Source: Vicinamibacterales bacterium (lineage in GTDB: Bacteria > Acidobacteriota > Vicinamibacteria > Vicinamibacterales > CAVVIG01). From it: a DNA stretch of 64,000 bases. The position numbers were made by a program, and so were the translations under genes. Numbering within the stretch: position 1 is the first letter of the stretch; each line of letters starts with the position of its first letter. Positions 26,588 through 35,535 of this stretch are shown here, in pieces. A model generated the notes under the pieces. That model had not been told where the DNA came from. It ran no database searches and saw only the letters and a program-made list of their open reading frames with translations. The stretch lies in NCBI GenBank assembly GCA_049679965.1, contig JBAUGX010000176.1, positions 1,592-65,591 of the forward strand. Direction: 5' to 3'.

Positions 26588-27751
26588 ATGCTGACACCCC
26601 GTACCGCCTTGACGCGTCGCGTCCTTGCGGCGCTCGACGCGTCGCCGTCCCGGATTCCGGTCCTGGTTGGCGGATGCGGCAGCGGACGCACGACGCTGTT
26701 GCAGCAACTGCGCGATCGTCTCGGGCGGACCGGCGTCCAGTACATCGATGTCGAGCGCACCGCGACCACACCGGAGCGCTTCCTGCGCGCCGTCGCAGCC
26801 ACGTCTCCGTTTCCGATCAGCGAGGGCGCGCCCAACGGCGCCCGCGCCGCGTTCGAGACCACGCTGGCGTTCTTCACACGCGCGCGCACCGGCGGCAACG
26901 AGCCCGCGACGTTCCTGCTCGACGAGTTCCTCGAGCTTCGCACCTTTGAGAGCTTTCCGGGCCTGCGCCGGGTGCTGAGCGAGCTCATCGACGGCCTCTC
27001 GGCCACGCCGAACCGCTTCGTGGTGACCAGCCGCTACGTCGCGCGGACATTGCGGCTCTTGCGAGATCGTTCCTCACGCTTTGAAGTGATTCATGTACCG
27101 GCACTTACGGCCGAGGACGTCCTCGACATCCTCGGGCCCCTGCCCGGCGCCGACGCCCATGCCACAGAGCTCGTCGCCCGCGCCGTCCTCGCGCTCTCTG
27201 AGGGCCGGCCGGCCTACGTCCGGGCGCTGGTCGACGAGCTGACACTCATGCACGCGCAGCGCGGCCAGGGGGCCCAGGGGGCGATGACCGGCCGCGACCC
27301 GGTCGGCGCCCTCTCGGCGCTCTTCTCGCCGGGCGGCCAGCTGGCCAAGAGCTGCGGCTTCTGCTACGAGCTGCGCCTACATCGCGCGCGCGGCTACGGC
27401 GCGCTCAAGGCGATTCTCGAGATTCTCGCCGACGAAGAAGGGCTCACCCTCACCGAGATCTCGCACCGCCTGCAGCGGACGCCCGGGTCGACCAAAGACT
27501 ACTTGTCCTGGCTCGAGGACGTCGATCTGGTGACGTTCCGCCAGAAGCGCTATACGTACACCGACCCCCTGCTGCGCGTGTGGGTGCGACTGTACTGCCG
27601 GGCCTCGGCTCCCTCCGACGACGATCTCGCCCGCGAGGTCCATCGCTACGCGCTCCCGCGGCTGCCGCAGGCCGAGCCCATCCGGCAGGCCGAGCCGACC
27701 TACGCCATGGCGACCGCGGGCTCTCCGACTGGACTGATCGAGATCGACTGA
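26588..27751 (+). CDS. P-loop ATPase (Arch_ATPase/DUF234-like) with C-terminal winged-helix
   Basis: It has a Walker A motif (GGCGSGRTTLL) and a Walker B-like motif (FLLDEF). The C-terminal segment LTLTEISHRLQRTPGSTKDYLSWLEDVDLV looks like a wHTH. Confidence 0.8.
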   Translation: MLTPRTALTRRVLAALDASPSRIPVLVGGCGSGRTTLLQQLRDRLGRTGVQYIDVERTATTPERFLRAVAATSPFPISEGAPNGARAAFETTLAFFTRARTGGNEPATFLLDEFLELRTFESFPGLRRVLSELIDGLSATPNRFVVTSRYVARTLRLLRDRSSRFEVIHVPALTAEDVLDILGPLPGADAHATELVARAVLALSEGRPAYVRALVDELTLMHAQRGQGAQGAMTGRDPVGALSALFSPGGQLAKSCGFCYELRLHRARGYGALKAILEILADEEGLTLTEISHRLQRTPGSTKDYLSWLEDVDLVTFRQKRYTYTDPLLRVWVRLYCRASAPSDDDLAREVHRYALPRLPQAEPIRQAEPTYAMATAGSPTGLIEID

Positions 27752-27760
27752 GGACGACTT

Positions 27761-27781
27761 CAGACCTCACACTTGAGACTT
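27761..27781. repeat. Three tandem heptamers CAGACCT-CACACTT-GAGACTT
   Basis: Read directly in the 37-nt gap between convergent stop codons. It is a complementary-strand relative of the AAGTCTG repeat. Confidence 0.6.
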
Positions 27782-27788
27782 CTCTAGT

Positions 27789-29423
27789 CTAGCCGTCGTA
27801 CCTCACGACAATGATCGTGACGTCGTCGTTCGCCGTCGCCTCGCCGCAGAACGTGCGGACATCCGCGAGCAGCGCATCGAGCAGCGCCTCGGGCGGATCC
27901 TGGCGGTGGGCCTCGATCGAGGCGAGCAGCCGCTGGTCGGTGAACTCGGTGCCTTCCATGTCGAGCGCCTCGGTCACCCCGTCGCTGAAGATGATGATGA
28001 AGTCGCCGCGGTTGAGCGTCAGCGTCTCCTGCTCGAATATCGCGTTCTCGAAGAGGCCCAGCACGAGGCCGCCGGTCTCGAGCCGCCGGACGCCGCCGCT
28101 CGACGACACCAGCATCGGCGCATTGTGGCCGGCGTTCGAGTAGGTGAACGAGCCGTCCTTGCCCAGCATGCCGTAGAAGGACGTGAGAAACCGCGCCTCG
28201 ATCGCGCGCCGGAACAGGCCCGCGTTGAGGCGGGCCATGACCGACGCCGCGGTCTGCTGATAGGTGGCCTCGGCGCTGAACATCCCGAGCACCGCGGCGG
28301 CCAGCAGGGCCGCCGGGGCGCCCTTCCCGGCGACGTCGCCGAGGATGAAGCCGAACCCGCCGGCGGGCAGATCGACGTAGTCGAAGAAATCGCCGCCGAC
28401 GGCCCGGCACGGCACCGATCGGCCGGCCGTGGTGAAAAACGTCCCCGTGCGGCTCGCAACCGGCAGCAGCGATTGCTGGATGGCCGCGGCGACCTTGAGC
28501 TCTTGCTCGAACTTCGCCTTGTCGAGCGCCTCGCGGTAGAGCCGTGCGTTCTCGATCGCCATCGCCGCCTCGGTGCTGAGGGCGGCGAGGGCCGCCGACA
28601 CCGACGGCGGGCGCAGGGCACCGCGTTGACGGCTATCGAGATACAGCACGCCGATGATGCGCTCCTCGCTCGCCTCCTCGCGGCGCTCCACGTAGCGGAC
28701 GAGGCGGAGCGGCGTGCACAGGACGTTCCGAATCCCGAGCGCCACCGTGCCGGTGTGTTGTTGCGCGAGGTTGCCGTCGAGCAGATCGTCGACGATCGTC
28801 TCCTGGCCGGTCGCGAACACCTGTTCGGGCACCTTCCGGCTGGTCTCGAACGTCCGGCCCGACAGCGAAACGTGGCCCCGTGCCCGCGCCAGTTTGAACT
28901 CGAGCTCGCCCCGATGGTTGGCGAGCATGATGAATCCGCGCTCGGCGCCGGTCACCTCGATGGCCGAATCGATGACCAGGGTGAGCACGTCGTCGAGCAC
29001 GCGGCCCGAGCCGAGCGCGCGAAGCCCTTCGAGCAGCCGCGCCATATGCGAGAGGAGCTCGGTGGCGGCGGTGACGGCGCTCCGTTCCTGGTCCCCAGCC
29101 ACTCGCGAGTCGTCGTCATCGACGAGAAACGTGATCTCGTTGTCGTCGGTCTGGCCCAGGCGAATGCGATCGCCGTGCGTGAGCAGGATCTGCGTGACAC
29201 GCTCGCCCCTCACGTAGGTGCCGAACTTCGACCCGCAGTCCTTGAGCGTGGTGGCGCCGTTGATGGTGATGATCTCGGCATGAAGGCGAGACACGCCGCC
29301 ACCCACGACGCGGATGTCGGTCTCAGTGCGGCGGCCGAGAGTCAGGGACGGCTTGTCGATGACGACGACCTTGCGGCCCGTCTCGTCGCGGATGAGCAGG
29401 CGCGGGGCGACGTCTTCGGCCAC
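27789..29423 (-). CDS. FHA-GAF-PP2C (SpoIIE-type) serine phosphatase
   Basis: GTG 29423 lies 2 nt after the STAS stop. It has an FHA block (LTLGRR...SRLHAEI), a central GAF region and a C-terminal PP2C domain (GDVAGKG, FSDGVTEA). Confidence 0.85.
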   Translation of the reverse strand: MAEDVAPRLLIRDETGRKVVVIDKPSLTLGRRTETDIRVVGGGVSRLHAEIITINGATTLKDCGSKFGTYVRGERVTQILLTHGDRIRLGQTDDNEITFLVDDDDSRVAGDQERSAVTAATELLSHMARLLEGLRALGSGRVLDDVLTLVIDSAIEVTGAERGFIMLANHRGELEFKLARARGHVSLSGRTFETSRKVPEQVFATGQETIVDDLLDGNLAQQHTGTVALGIRNVLCTPLRLVRYVERREEASEERIIGVLYLDSRQRGALRPPSVSAALAALSTEAAMAIENARLYREALDKAKFEQELKVAAAIQQSLLPVASRTGTFFTTAGRSVPCRAVGGDFFDYVDLPAGGFGFILGDVAGKGAPAALLAAAVLGMFSAEATYQQTAASVMARLNAGLFRRAIEARFLTSFYGMLGKDGSFTYSNAGHNAPMLVSSSGGVRRLETGGLVLGLFENAIFEQETLTLNRGDFIIIFSDGVTEALDMEGTEFTDQRLLASIEAHRQDPPEALLDALLADVRTFCGEATANDDVTIIVVRYDG

Positions 29424-29425
29424 GG

Positions 29426-29776
29426 TTACACCGTTGCGGAGAAGCTGTCGATGGCATCGGCTTCCCGGTCGTAGCACTCGAACACGGAGATGAGCTTGGT
29501 GATCGTCAGCAGAACCGTGGTCCGCGGCGTCAGACGGGACAGCTTGAGGGACCCGCCTTTGTTCCTGGTGGTCGCGTACGCCTGGACCAGTTCGCCCAGG
29601 CCCGCGCTGTCGAGCGATGACACGCCGCCCAGGTCCACGACGAGCTTCCGCCGGCCCTGCAGAATCAGACTTCGCACTTTGTCCTTCAGCATCACGTCGC
29701 CGCCATGATTCAGCGTGAGGTCACCGCTCACGACCAGGACCACGACGTCGCCGACCAGCCGTTCGTCGAGCTGCAT
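29426..29776 (-). CDS. STAS-domain anti-sigma-factor antagonist (SpoIIAA/RsbV-like)
   Basis: 116 aa with the conserved LDSAGLGELV phospho-serine motif. Confidence 0.85.
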   Translation of the reverse strand: MQLDERLVGDVVVLVVSGDLTLNHGGDVMLKDKVRSLILQGRRKLVVDLGGVSSLDSAGLGELVQAYATTRNKGGSLKLSRLTPRTTVLLTITKLISVFECYDREADAIDSFSATV

Positions 29777-29797
29777 CCGGGCGGATTATACCCTTCC

Positions 29798-30742
29798 TCA
29801 ACTCCGCAACTTCTCGAGCGCCAGGCGAGCCGCCTCCTGCTCCGCCTCCTTCTTGCTCCCGCCGGTGGCCTGCGCCAGAGGCTCGCCCCGGACCGCGACC
29901 TCCACCTCGAACTGCTTGCGGTGATCCGGACCCGTGGTGCCGACCAGGCGGTACTCCGGCAGTGAGGCGTCGCGCGCCTGCAGGATCTCCTGGAGGGCCG
30001 ACTTGTAGTCCTCGCCCGCCACGCCGTGGCGGCGGACATCGGCCAGCAGGCCGCCGAACTCGCGCACGAGAAAGGCGCGGACGTGCTCGATGCCGCCGTC
30101 CAGATAGATCGCCGCGATGAGCGCCTCGTACCCGTCGGCCAATAGCGCTTGCTTATGGCGGCCCCCGGTCTTTTCCTCGCCGCGCCCGAGCAGCAGGTGA
30201 TCGCCGAGCTTCAGCCGCTCGGCCTGCCTGGCGAGGGTGGTCGTCGACACGAGCGCAGCCTTGGTCTTCGACTTGCTGCCCTCGTCGAATTCCGGGAATT
30301 CGGCGAACAACAGGTCGGCGATGACGAATCCCAGCACGGCGTCGCCCAGGAACTCGAGCGACTCGTTGTCGATCACACCGCCGCTCACGTCCTCATGGGC
30401 CTTCGAGGTGTGCGTCATCGCGTGCTCGAGCAGCCCCCGATCGCGAAACCGGTAGTCGATGGCCCGCTCCAGCGATTCGAACTCGTCGCGCAGGCGCACG
30501 ACCTTCTGTCCGGTGAGCTCGGTGCGGTGGTCGGCGATCATCCGCCGCGCCACGTCGGCGTCGGTCGAATGGACCGAGATCTGGATCTCGCCGAGGGTGT
30601 TGACCGCCATGGGAAAGACCGAAGGCGGCGACTGGCTGGCGACCACCGAGGGCACGCCGTGCGCCTCGAGCAGCCCGCGCACGACGCTGGCCTCGACGTC
30701 GGACCGTGTGCGGAAAATGACGATGAGATCGGTCACGGACAT
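29798..30742 (-). CDS. rnc: Ribonuclease III with N-terminal DUF2007-like domain
   Basis: It has the RNase III signature NESLEFLGDAVLG and a C-terminal dsRBD. An extra segment of about 85 aa at the N-terminus (LIVIFRTRSDVEASVVRGLLEAHGVPS...) looks DUF2007-like. Confidence 0.9.
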   Translation of the reverse strand: MSVTDLIVIFRTRSDVEASVVRGLLEAHGVPSVVASQSPPSVFPMAVNTLGEIQISVHSTDADVARRMIADHRTELTGQKVVRLRDEFESLERAIDYRFRDRGLLEHAMTHTSKAHEDVSGGVIDNESLEFLGDAVLGFVIADLLFAEFPEFDEGSKSKTKAALVSTTTLARQAERLKLGDHLLLGRGEEKTGGRHKQALLADGYEALIAAIYLDGGIEHVRAFLVREFGGLLADVRRHGVAGEDYKSALQEILQARDASLPEYRLVGTTGPDHRKQFEVEVAVRGEPLAQATGGSKKEAEQEAARLALEKLRS

Positions 30743-30744
30743 GA

Positions 30745-32928
30745 CTATTTCACAGGCCCCGCAAGCTCCGCGGTCCGGGCGCCGGTCGTGGTGGTGGTGA
30801 CCGGCAGGCGGTCGACCCTCAACAGGATCATCGTCATGTCGTCGTGCTGCGGCGCGCCTCCCACGAAGGCCTCGACTTCGCGCAGCACCCGCTCACGCAG
30901 CTGGTCGGGCGGCAGGTCCGCGTGTCGTTCGAGCACCCGGCCCAGGCGCGTTTCGCCAAAGCAATCGTCGGCGCTGTTCATGGCTTCGCTGATGCCATCG
31001 GTGAAAAAGACGTACAGATCGCCCTCCTTCAACGGGATGGTCTCTTCCACGAGCAGTCGCTCGAACAGCGGACCGGCGCCATCGATTTTCAAGCCGAGCA
31101 CCAGCCCGTCCGGGGCCAGGATCTGGGCGGCGCGCGACGGCGCGCCAGGCCCGGGCACGTGGATGAGGGGGGTGTGGCCGGCCCGCGCGTAGGTCATGGT
31201 CCCCGCCCGCCGATCGACGATGGCGTAGGTCATCGTGATGAAGCTGCGCGGGTCCAGGTGCGCCGAGATGATCCGGTTCGCGCTGATGAGGAGATCGCGG
31301 GGCGACGCGTGGATCTGGCACAGCGACAACATGAGGCCCTTGAGCTCGGCCATGTAGAGCGCCGCGGAGGTGCCTTTGCCCGACACGTCGGCGACGAGCA
31401 CGCCCACGCGGCCGTCGTCGATCGGCAGAAAATCGTAGTAGTCGCCGCCCACCTCCCGCGCGGGCACGCAGAGCGCGGTGACCGACAGGCCGGGCATGAG
31501 GAGCGGCCCCTGCGGCAGGAGCGACATCTGGATTTCGTGCGCGATACGCAGCTCCTCTTCCAGACGCTTCTTCTCCGCCGACACCCGTAACAGATCCTCG
31601 ATGCTTGACGTCATCGAATTGAACGACTGGGCCAGCTCGCCGAGCTGATCCTCGGCCGTCACGGCGATCTTGTGGGTGAAATCACCCTGCCGCACGCGCT
31701 CGGTCCCCACGAACAGCTCGTGGACCGATCCGGTGATCGACTTGGCCAGGGTGAGCCCGACAACGAGTGCGACGACCTCGATGACGAGGAACAGGCCGCC
31801 GACCACGATCAGCAGCACGAGCAGCAGGGCCTGGCCGATGCTGCGGTTGCCGATGAGCCCCTGCGCCGCCACGATCCGGGCGTAGATACCCGACAGGCTG
31901 ACCTGGGTCGACACGAGCAGCGGCTGCGTCTCGCCGGTTTCCCAGTCGCGATAGTCGAGGAACGTCACCCACCCGAGTGGCGCACTCGTCGTCTCGAAGG
32001 GACGATTCGCCGGCGGCGCGCTGCTCCCGCGACGATCGACGGCGGTGATACTTCTCAGGATCACGCCGGTCTGACGCCGCAGCCGCTCGATCGCGTCGCC
32101 CTCGACCGGCAGATCGACGATGACGCCGTAGCGCGGCGCCGTCGAGTCGGGGAACGCGACGGCGCGCACGAGCACGTGCGTGTCGCCCCCCGCAGCGTAC
32201 GCGAACAGCGCGCTCACGCCGTCGCAGCCAATCCAGCTCGGCACGGCGGTGGGGGGCGCCAGGTGGGTCCACGGCCCCGCCCTGGCCGACGGCGGTGCGG
32301 GAGGGCGCGCAGGCAAAGTCGCCACGCCCGACGCCGTGGCGCAGGGTCGATCGACCGGCACGACCGCCATCGACGCGCCGGCAAGCTCCGGCGCGAGCGT
32401 CTTGAGCTTCCGATCCAGTACCGCGGCCACGTCTCTCCCGATGCCGCCCTGCACTTCGAGCGCCGCGCTCGTCGCCAGCAGGCGCGCGCGGTCGTCGAGC
32501 GCGGTGAGCTCCGCCTGGACCAGATACGAGCTGAAGTTGAAGAACAGCAGCAGGCCGCACAGCATGAAGAACGCGCCGACGAGCATCACCGGCACGACGC
32601 CGATGAAGACGTACGACAGGATCAGCTTGCGGCGCACGCGCCACAGCAGTCGCCGCCTGGCGATCAGAAAGAGACGGAAGAGAAAGTAGATCGCGCCCAC
32701 CGCGATCGCCACGCCGGCGGCCGTATCCAGCAGCGTCAACAGCGCCGAGAGCGTGAGCAGGTCGCGCGCGTTTACGAAGTCGGGGTCCGAGGGCGCGCTC
32801 GTCGCGAGCTGGGCGAGATAGACGAGCGCCTTGAGCCCGAGGCCGGCGAGGATCGCGCGACCGGGCAGCGTGCCGAGAAGCGTGCGGAGAAAGACCGCGG
32901 CTTGCGACCTGACGCGTGGAGCGGCCAT
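30745..32928 (-). CDS. Membrane sensor HAMP-PP2C (SpoIIE-type) phosphatase
   Basis: 727 aa with N-terminal TM segments, a periplasmic loop and a HAMP domain (LAKSITGSVHELF...). The PP2C domain carries ADVSGKG and FTDGISEA. Confidence 0.85.
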   Translation of the reverse strand: MAAPRVRSQAAVFLRTLLGTLPGRAILAGLGLKALVYLAQLATSAPSDPDFVNARDLLTLSALLTLLDTAAGVAIAVGAIYFLFRLFLIARRRLLWRVRRKLILSYVFIGVVPVMLVGAFFMLCGLLLFFNFSSYLVQAELTALDDRARLLATSAALEVQGGIGRDVAAVLDRKLKTLAPELAGASMAVVPVDRPCATASGVATLPARPPAPPSARAGPWTHLAPPTAVPSWIGCDGVSALFAYAAGGDTHVLVRAVAFPDSTAPRYGVIVDLPVEGDAIERLRRQTGVILRSITAVDRRGSSAPPANRPFETTSAPLGWVTFLDYRDWETGETQPLLVSTQVSLSGIYARIVAAQGLIGNRSIGQALLLVLLIVVGGLFLVIEVVALVVGLTLAKSITGSVHELFVGTERVRQGDFTHKIAVTAEDQLGELAQSFNSMTSSIEDLLRVSAEKKRLEEELRIAHEIQMSLLPQGPLLMPGLSVTALCVPAREVGGDYYDFLPIDDGRVGVLVADVSGKGTSAALYMAELKGLMLSLCQIHASPRDLLISANRIISAHLDPRSFITMTYAIVDRRAGTMTYARAGHTPLIHVPGPGAPSRAAQILAPDGLVLGLKIDGAGPLFERLLVEETIPLKEGDLYVFFTDGISEAMNSADDCFGETRLGRVLERHADLPPDQLRERVLREVEAFVGGAPQHDDMTMILLRVDRLPVTTTTTGARTAELAGPVK

Positions 32929-32971
32929 CGGCGTGGACTTCGGGATACTAACAGAGTATCGTAGCGGGCTC

Positions 32972-34129
32972 GTGAAGCTTCCACCTCACGCCCGGTTCGG
33001 CACCGTGTGCCTGCACGCCGGTCAGGAGCCCGACCCCGCGACCGGCGCCATCATCACCCCCATCTATCAAACCTCCACCTACGTGCAGGACGCGCTTGGT
33101 ACGCACAAGGGCTACGAGTACGCCCGCACGCAGAATCCCACGCGGATGGCCCTCGAGCGCAACATCGCGGCGATTGAAGACGGCCCGGCCGCCTTCGCGT
33201 TCGCCTCGGGCATGGCGGCCATCGGCGCCGTCGCGACGCTCCTCAAGGCGGGCGATCACGTCGTGGTCTCCGACGACGTCTACGGCGGCACCTATCGGTA
33301 CTTCGACAAGGTCCTCACCCGCTACAACCTCTCGTTTTCCTACGTCGATACGACGGATCTGGAGAACGTCGAGCGCGCCATCACCCCGTCGACGCGGATG
33401 CTCTATGTCGAGACCCCGACCAACCCGATGATGCGGCTCACCGATCTCGGCGAGGCCGCCGCCCTCGCCCACCGCCGCAAACTGCGCCTCGCAGTCGACA
33501 ATACGTTCGCCAGTCCGTGCGTGCAGCGACCGATCGCGTGTGGCGCCGACCTGGTGATCCACAGCACGACGAAGTACCTCAACGGGCACAGCGATAGTGT
33601 CGGGGGGATTGTCGTGGCGACCCGGCCGGATGACATCGAGTGGCTGCGCTTCGTCCAGAACGCCGCCGGAGCGATTCTCGGACCCTTTGACGCGTGGCTC
33701 GTGCTGCGCGGCACCAAGACGCTGTCGCTCAGGATGGAGCGGCACAACGCGAACGGCCTGGCGCTCGCCCAGTACCTGGCGGCGCATCCGAAGGTGCGGC
33801 ACGTCCACTATCCAGGGCTGCCCTCGCACCCGCAGCACGACCTGGCCAAGCGTCAGATGCGCGGCTTCGGCGGCATGATTGCCCTCGATCTCGGATCGCT
33901 CGAGGCCGCCCGACGGCTGTTGAACGGCGTACGGCTCTGCGCCCTTGCCGAGAGCCTCGGCGGCGTCGAGACGCTCATCTCCCATCCGGCCACCATGACG
34001 CACGCCTCGGTGCCCGCTGAACGCCGCCAGGCCCTTGGGATTGCCGACGGCCTCGTGCGTATCTCGACCGGGATTGAGGACATCGCGGATCTGATAGACG
34101 ATCTCGCGCAGGCGCTCGATCTCATCTGA
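32972..34129 (+). CDS. Cys/Met-metabolism PLP enzyme (cystathionine gamma-synthase / beta- or gamma-lyase family)
   Basis: GTG 32972 gives VKLPPHARFGTVCLHAGQ. The PLP-lysine block STTKYLNGHSD is present. Confidence 0.85.
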   Translation: MKLPPHARFGTVCLHAGQEPDPATGAIITPIYQTSTYVQDALGTHKGYEYARTQNPTRMALERNIAAIEDGPAAFAFASGMAAIGAVATLLKAGDHVVVSDDVYGGTYRYFDKVLTRYNLSFSYVDTTDLENVERAITPSTRMLYVETPTNPMMRLTDLGEAAALAHRRKLRLAVDNTFASPCVQRPIACGADLVIHSTTKYLNGHSDSVGGIVVATRPDDIEWLRFVQNAAGAILGPFDAWLVLRGTKTLSLRMERHNANGLALAQYLAAHPKVRHVHYPGLPSHPQHDLAKRQMRGFGGMIALDLGSLEAARRLLNGVRLCALAESLGGVETLISHPATMTHASVPAERRQALGIADGLVRISTGIEDIADLIDDLAQALDLI

Positions 34130-34159
34130 GCCGACCACCTGGCGACCAAGGACCACTAA

Positions 34160-34801
34160 GTGCTCGACATCCTGCTTCACAGCGATCGATATCTGCTCAC
34201 GCTGGTCGGCGACTACGGCCCGTGGGTCTATGCCATCCTGTTCGTGATCGTCTTTGCGGAGACCGGGTTCGTGGTCACGCCGTTTCTGCCAGGGGATTCT
34301 CTGCTGTTTGCCACCGGGGCACTCTGCGCCACCGGCGCCCTCAGCCTGCCGATGGCCGCCGGACTGCTGGTGCTTGCCGCCTTCACCGGCGATGCCTTCA
34401 ACTACACGGTCGGACGACTGGTCGGCCCTCGCGTGTTCAGCGCGACCGACAGTGCCGGGATTTCCCACCGTCTGCTCAACCGCGAGCACCTGGATCGCGC
34501 GCACGCGTTCTTCGAGAAGTACGGTGGAAAAGCCGTCATCCTCGGCCGCTTCGTGCCTATCGTGCGCACGTTCGTTCCCTTCGTGGCCGGCGCCGCCGCC
34601 ATGCCATCACGCACCTTCGGATTCTACAACCTGACCGGCGGCGTGGCGTGGGTGTTTATCTGCGTGGGCGCGGGGTGGCTGTTCGGCAACGTGCCGATCG
34701 TGAAGGAGAACTTCTCGCTGGCGACAATCGGCATCGTCATCGCGTCGCTGCTGCCCATCGTCGTCGAGATGGTGAGAAAGAAAGCCAAGGCGTCCGCCTA
34801 G
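34160..34801 (+). CDS. DedA family membrane protein
   Basis: It has the VTPFLPGDSLLF motif, a GRFVPIVRTF block and 213 aa. Confidence 0.85.
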   Translation: MLDILLHSDRYLLTLVGDYGPWVYAILFVIVFAETGFVVTPFLPGDSLLFATGALCATGALSLPMAAGLLVLAAFTGDAFNYTVGRLVGPRVFSATDSAGISHRLLNREHLDRAHAFFEKYGGKAVILGRFVPIVRTFVPFVAGAAAMPSRTFGFYNLTGGVAWVFICVGAGWLFGNVPIVKENFSLATIGIVIASLLPIVVEMVRKKAKASA

Positions 34802-34809
34802 GCCGGACG

Positions 34810-35139
34810 TCAATGCGATCGCGTCTCCCCTCGAATCCAGGCCAGATATGCCGAGCCGCCTCCGGCCACCTCCATCACGAGGAACTCGGGCAGCTCGTAG
34901 CCGTGAAGCTCCCGCACGCGCGCTTCGACGGCCGACACCTGCTCGCGCGTCGTCTTGATTACCATCTGGCGCTCGCGGTCGGACTCGATCGCGCCCTTCC
35001 AGCGATAGACCGACGTCATCGGACCGTGCAGGTTGACGCACGCGGCCAGGCGCTCGCCGACGAGCGTCCGCGCCACCGCCTCGGCGCGTTCGTCATCGGG
35101 CACGGTCGTCAGGATGAGGACGAATTCAGACATGCTCAA
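34810..35139 (-). CDS. cutA: Divalent-cation tolerance protein CutA
   Basis: 109 aa with a typical CutA1 pattern (VLILTTVPD...ACVN...YRWKG). Confidence 0.85.
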   Translation of the reverse strand: MSMSEFVLILTTVPDDERAEAVARTLVGERLAACVNLHGPMTSVYRWKGAIESDRERQMVIKTTREQVSAVEARVRELHGYELPEFLVMEVAGGGSAYLAWIRGETRSH

Positions 35140-35183
35140 GGGTCTTGTACTCGGCCGCGATCTGTTGTAACGTCTTTGTCACG

Positions 35184-35519
35184 ATGTCCCCGAAGCGGCC
35201 GACACCGAGACCGAACCGCACCGGCCGAAATCGCCGGATCGTTCAGGTGCTGCTCGCCCTGGCCGCCCTGGTCATTGTCGTCGACGCGCTCGTCGGCGAC
35301 CGCGGGCTGCTGGCCATGCTTCGCGCCGGCCGGGAATACGATCGGGTGGCTTCAGCAACGGTCCGTCAGCGCGCCGAGAACGCGCGGTTGCGGGAGACCG
35401 CTCGCCGCCTCCGTGAAGATCCCGCGGCGATCGAAGAAATCGCGCGACGTGACCTCGGACTGATCAGACCCGGCGAAAAAGTCTTCATCATCAAGGACAT
35501 CCCACCACCAGGGAAATGA
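35184..35519 (+). CDS. ftsB: Septum formation initiator (FtsB/DivIC family)
   Basis: ATG 35184. It has one TM segment, a coiled coil, and the C-terminal EEIARRDLGLIRPGEKVF motif. Confidence 0.75.
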   Translation: MSPKRPTPRPNRTGRNRRIVQVLLALAALVIVVDALVGDRGLLAMLRAGREYDRVASATVRQRAENARLRETARRLREDPAAIEEIARRDLGLIRPGEKVFIIKDIPPPGK

Positions 35520-35535
35520 CGCGGCCCGGGCCCGC

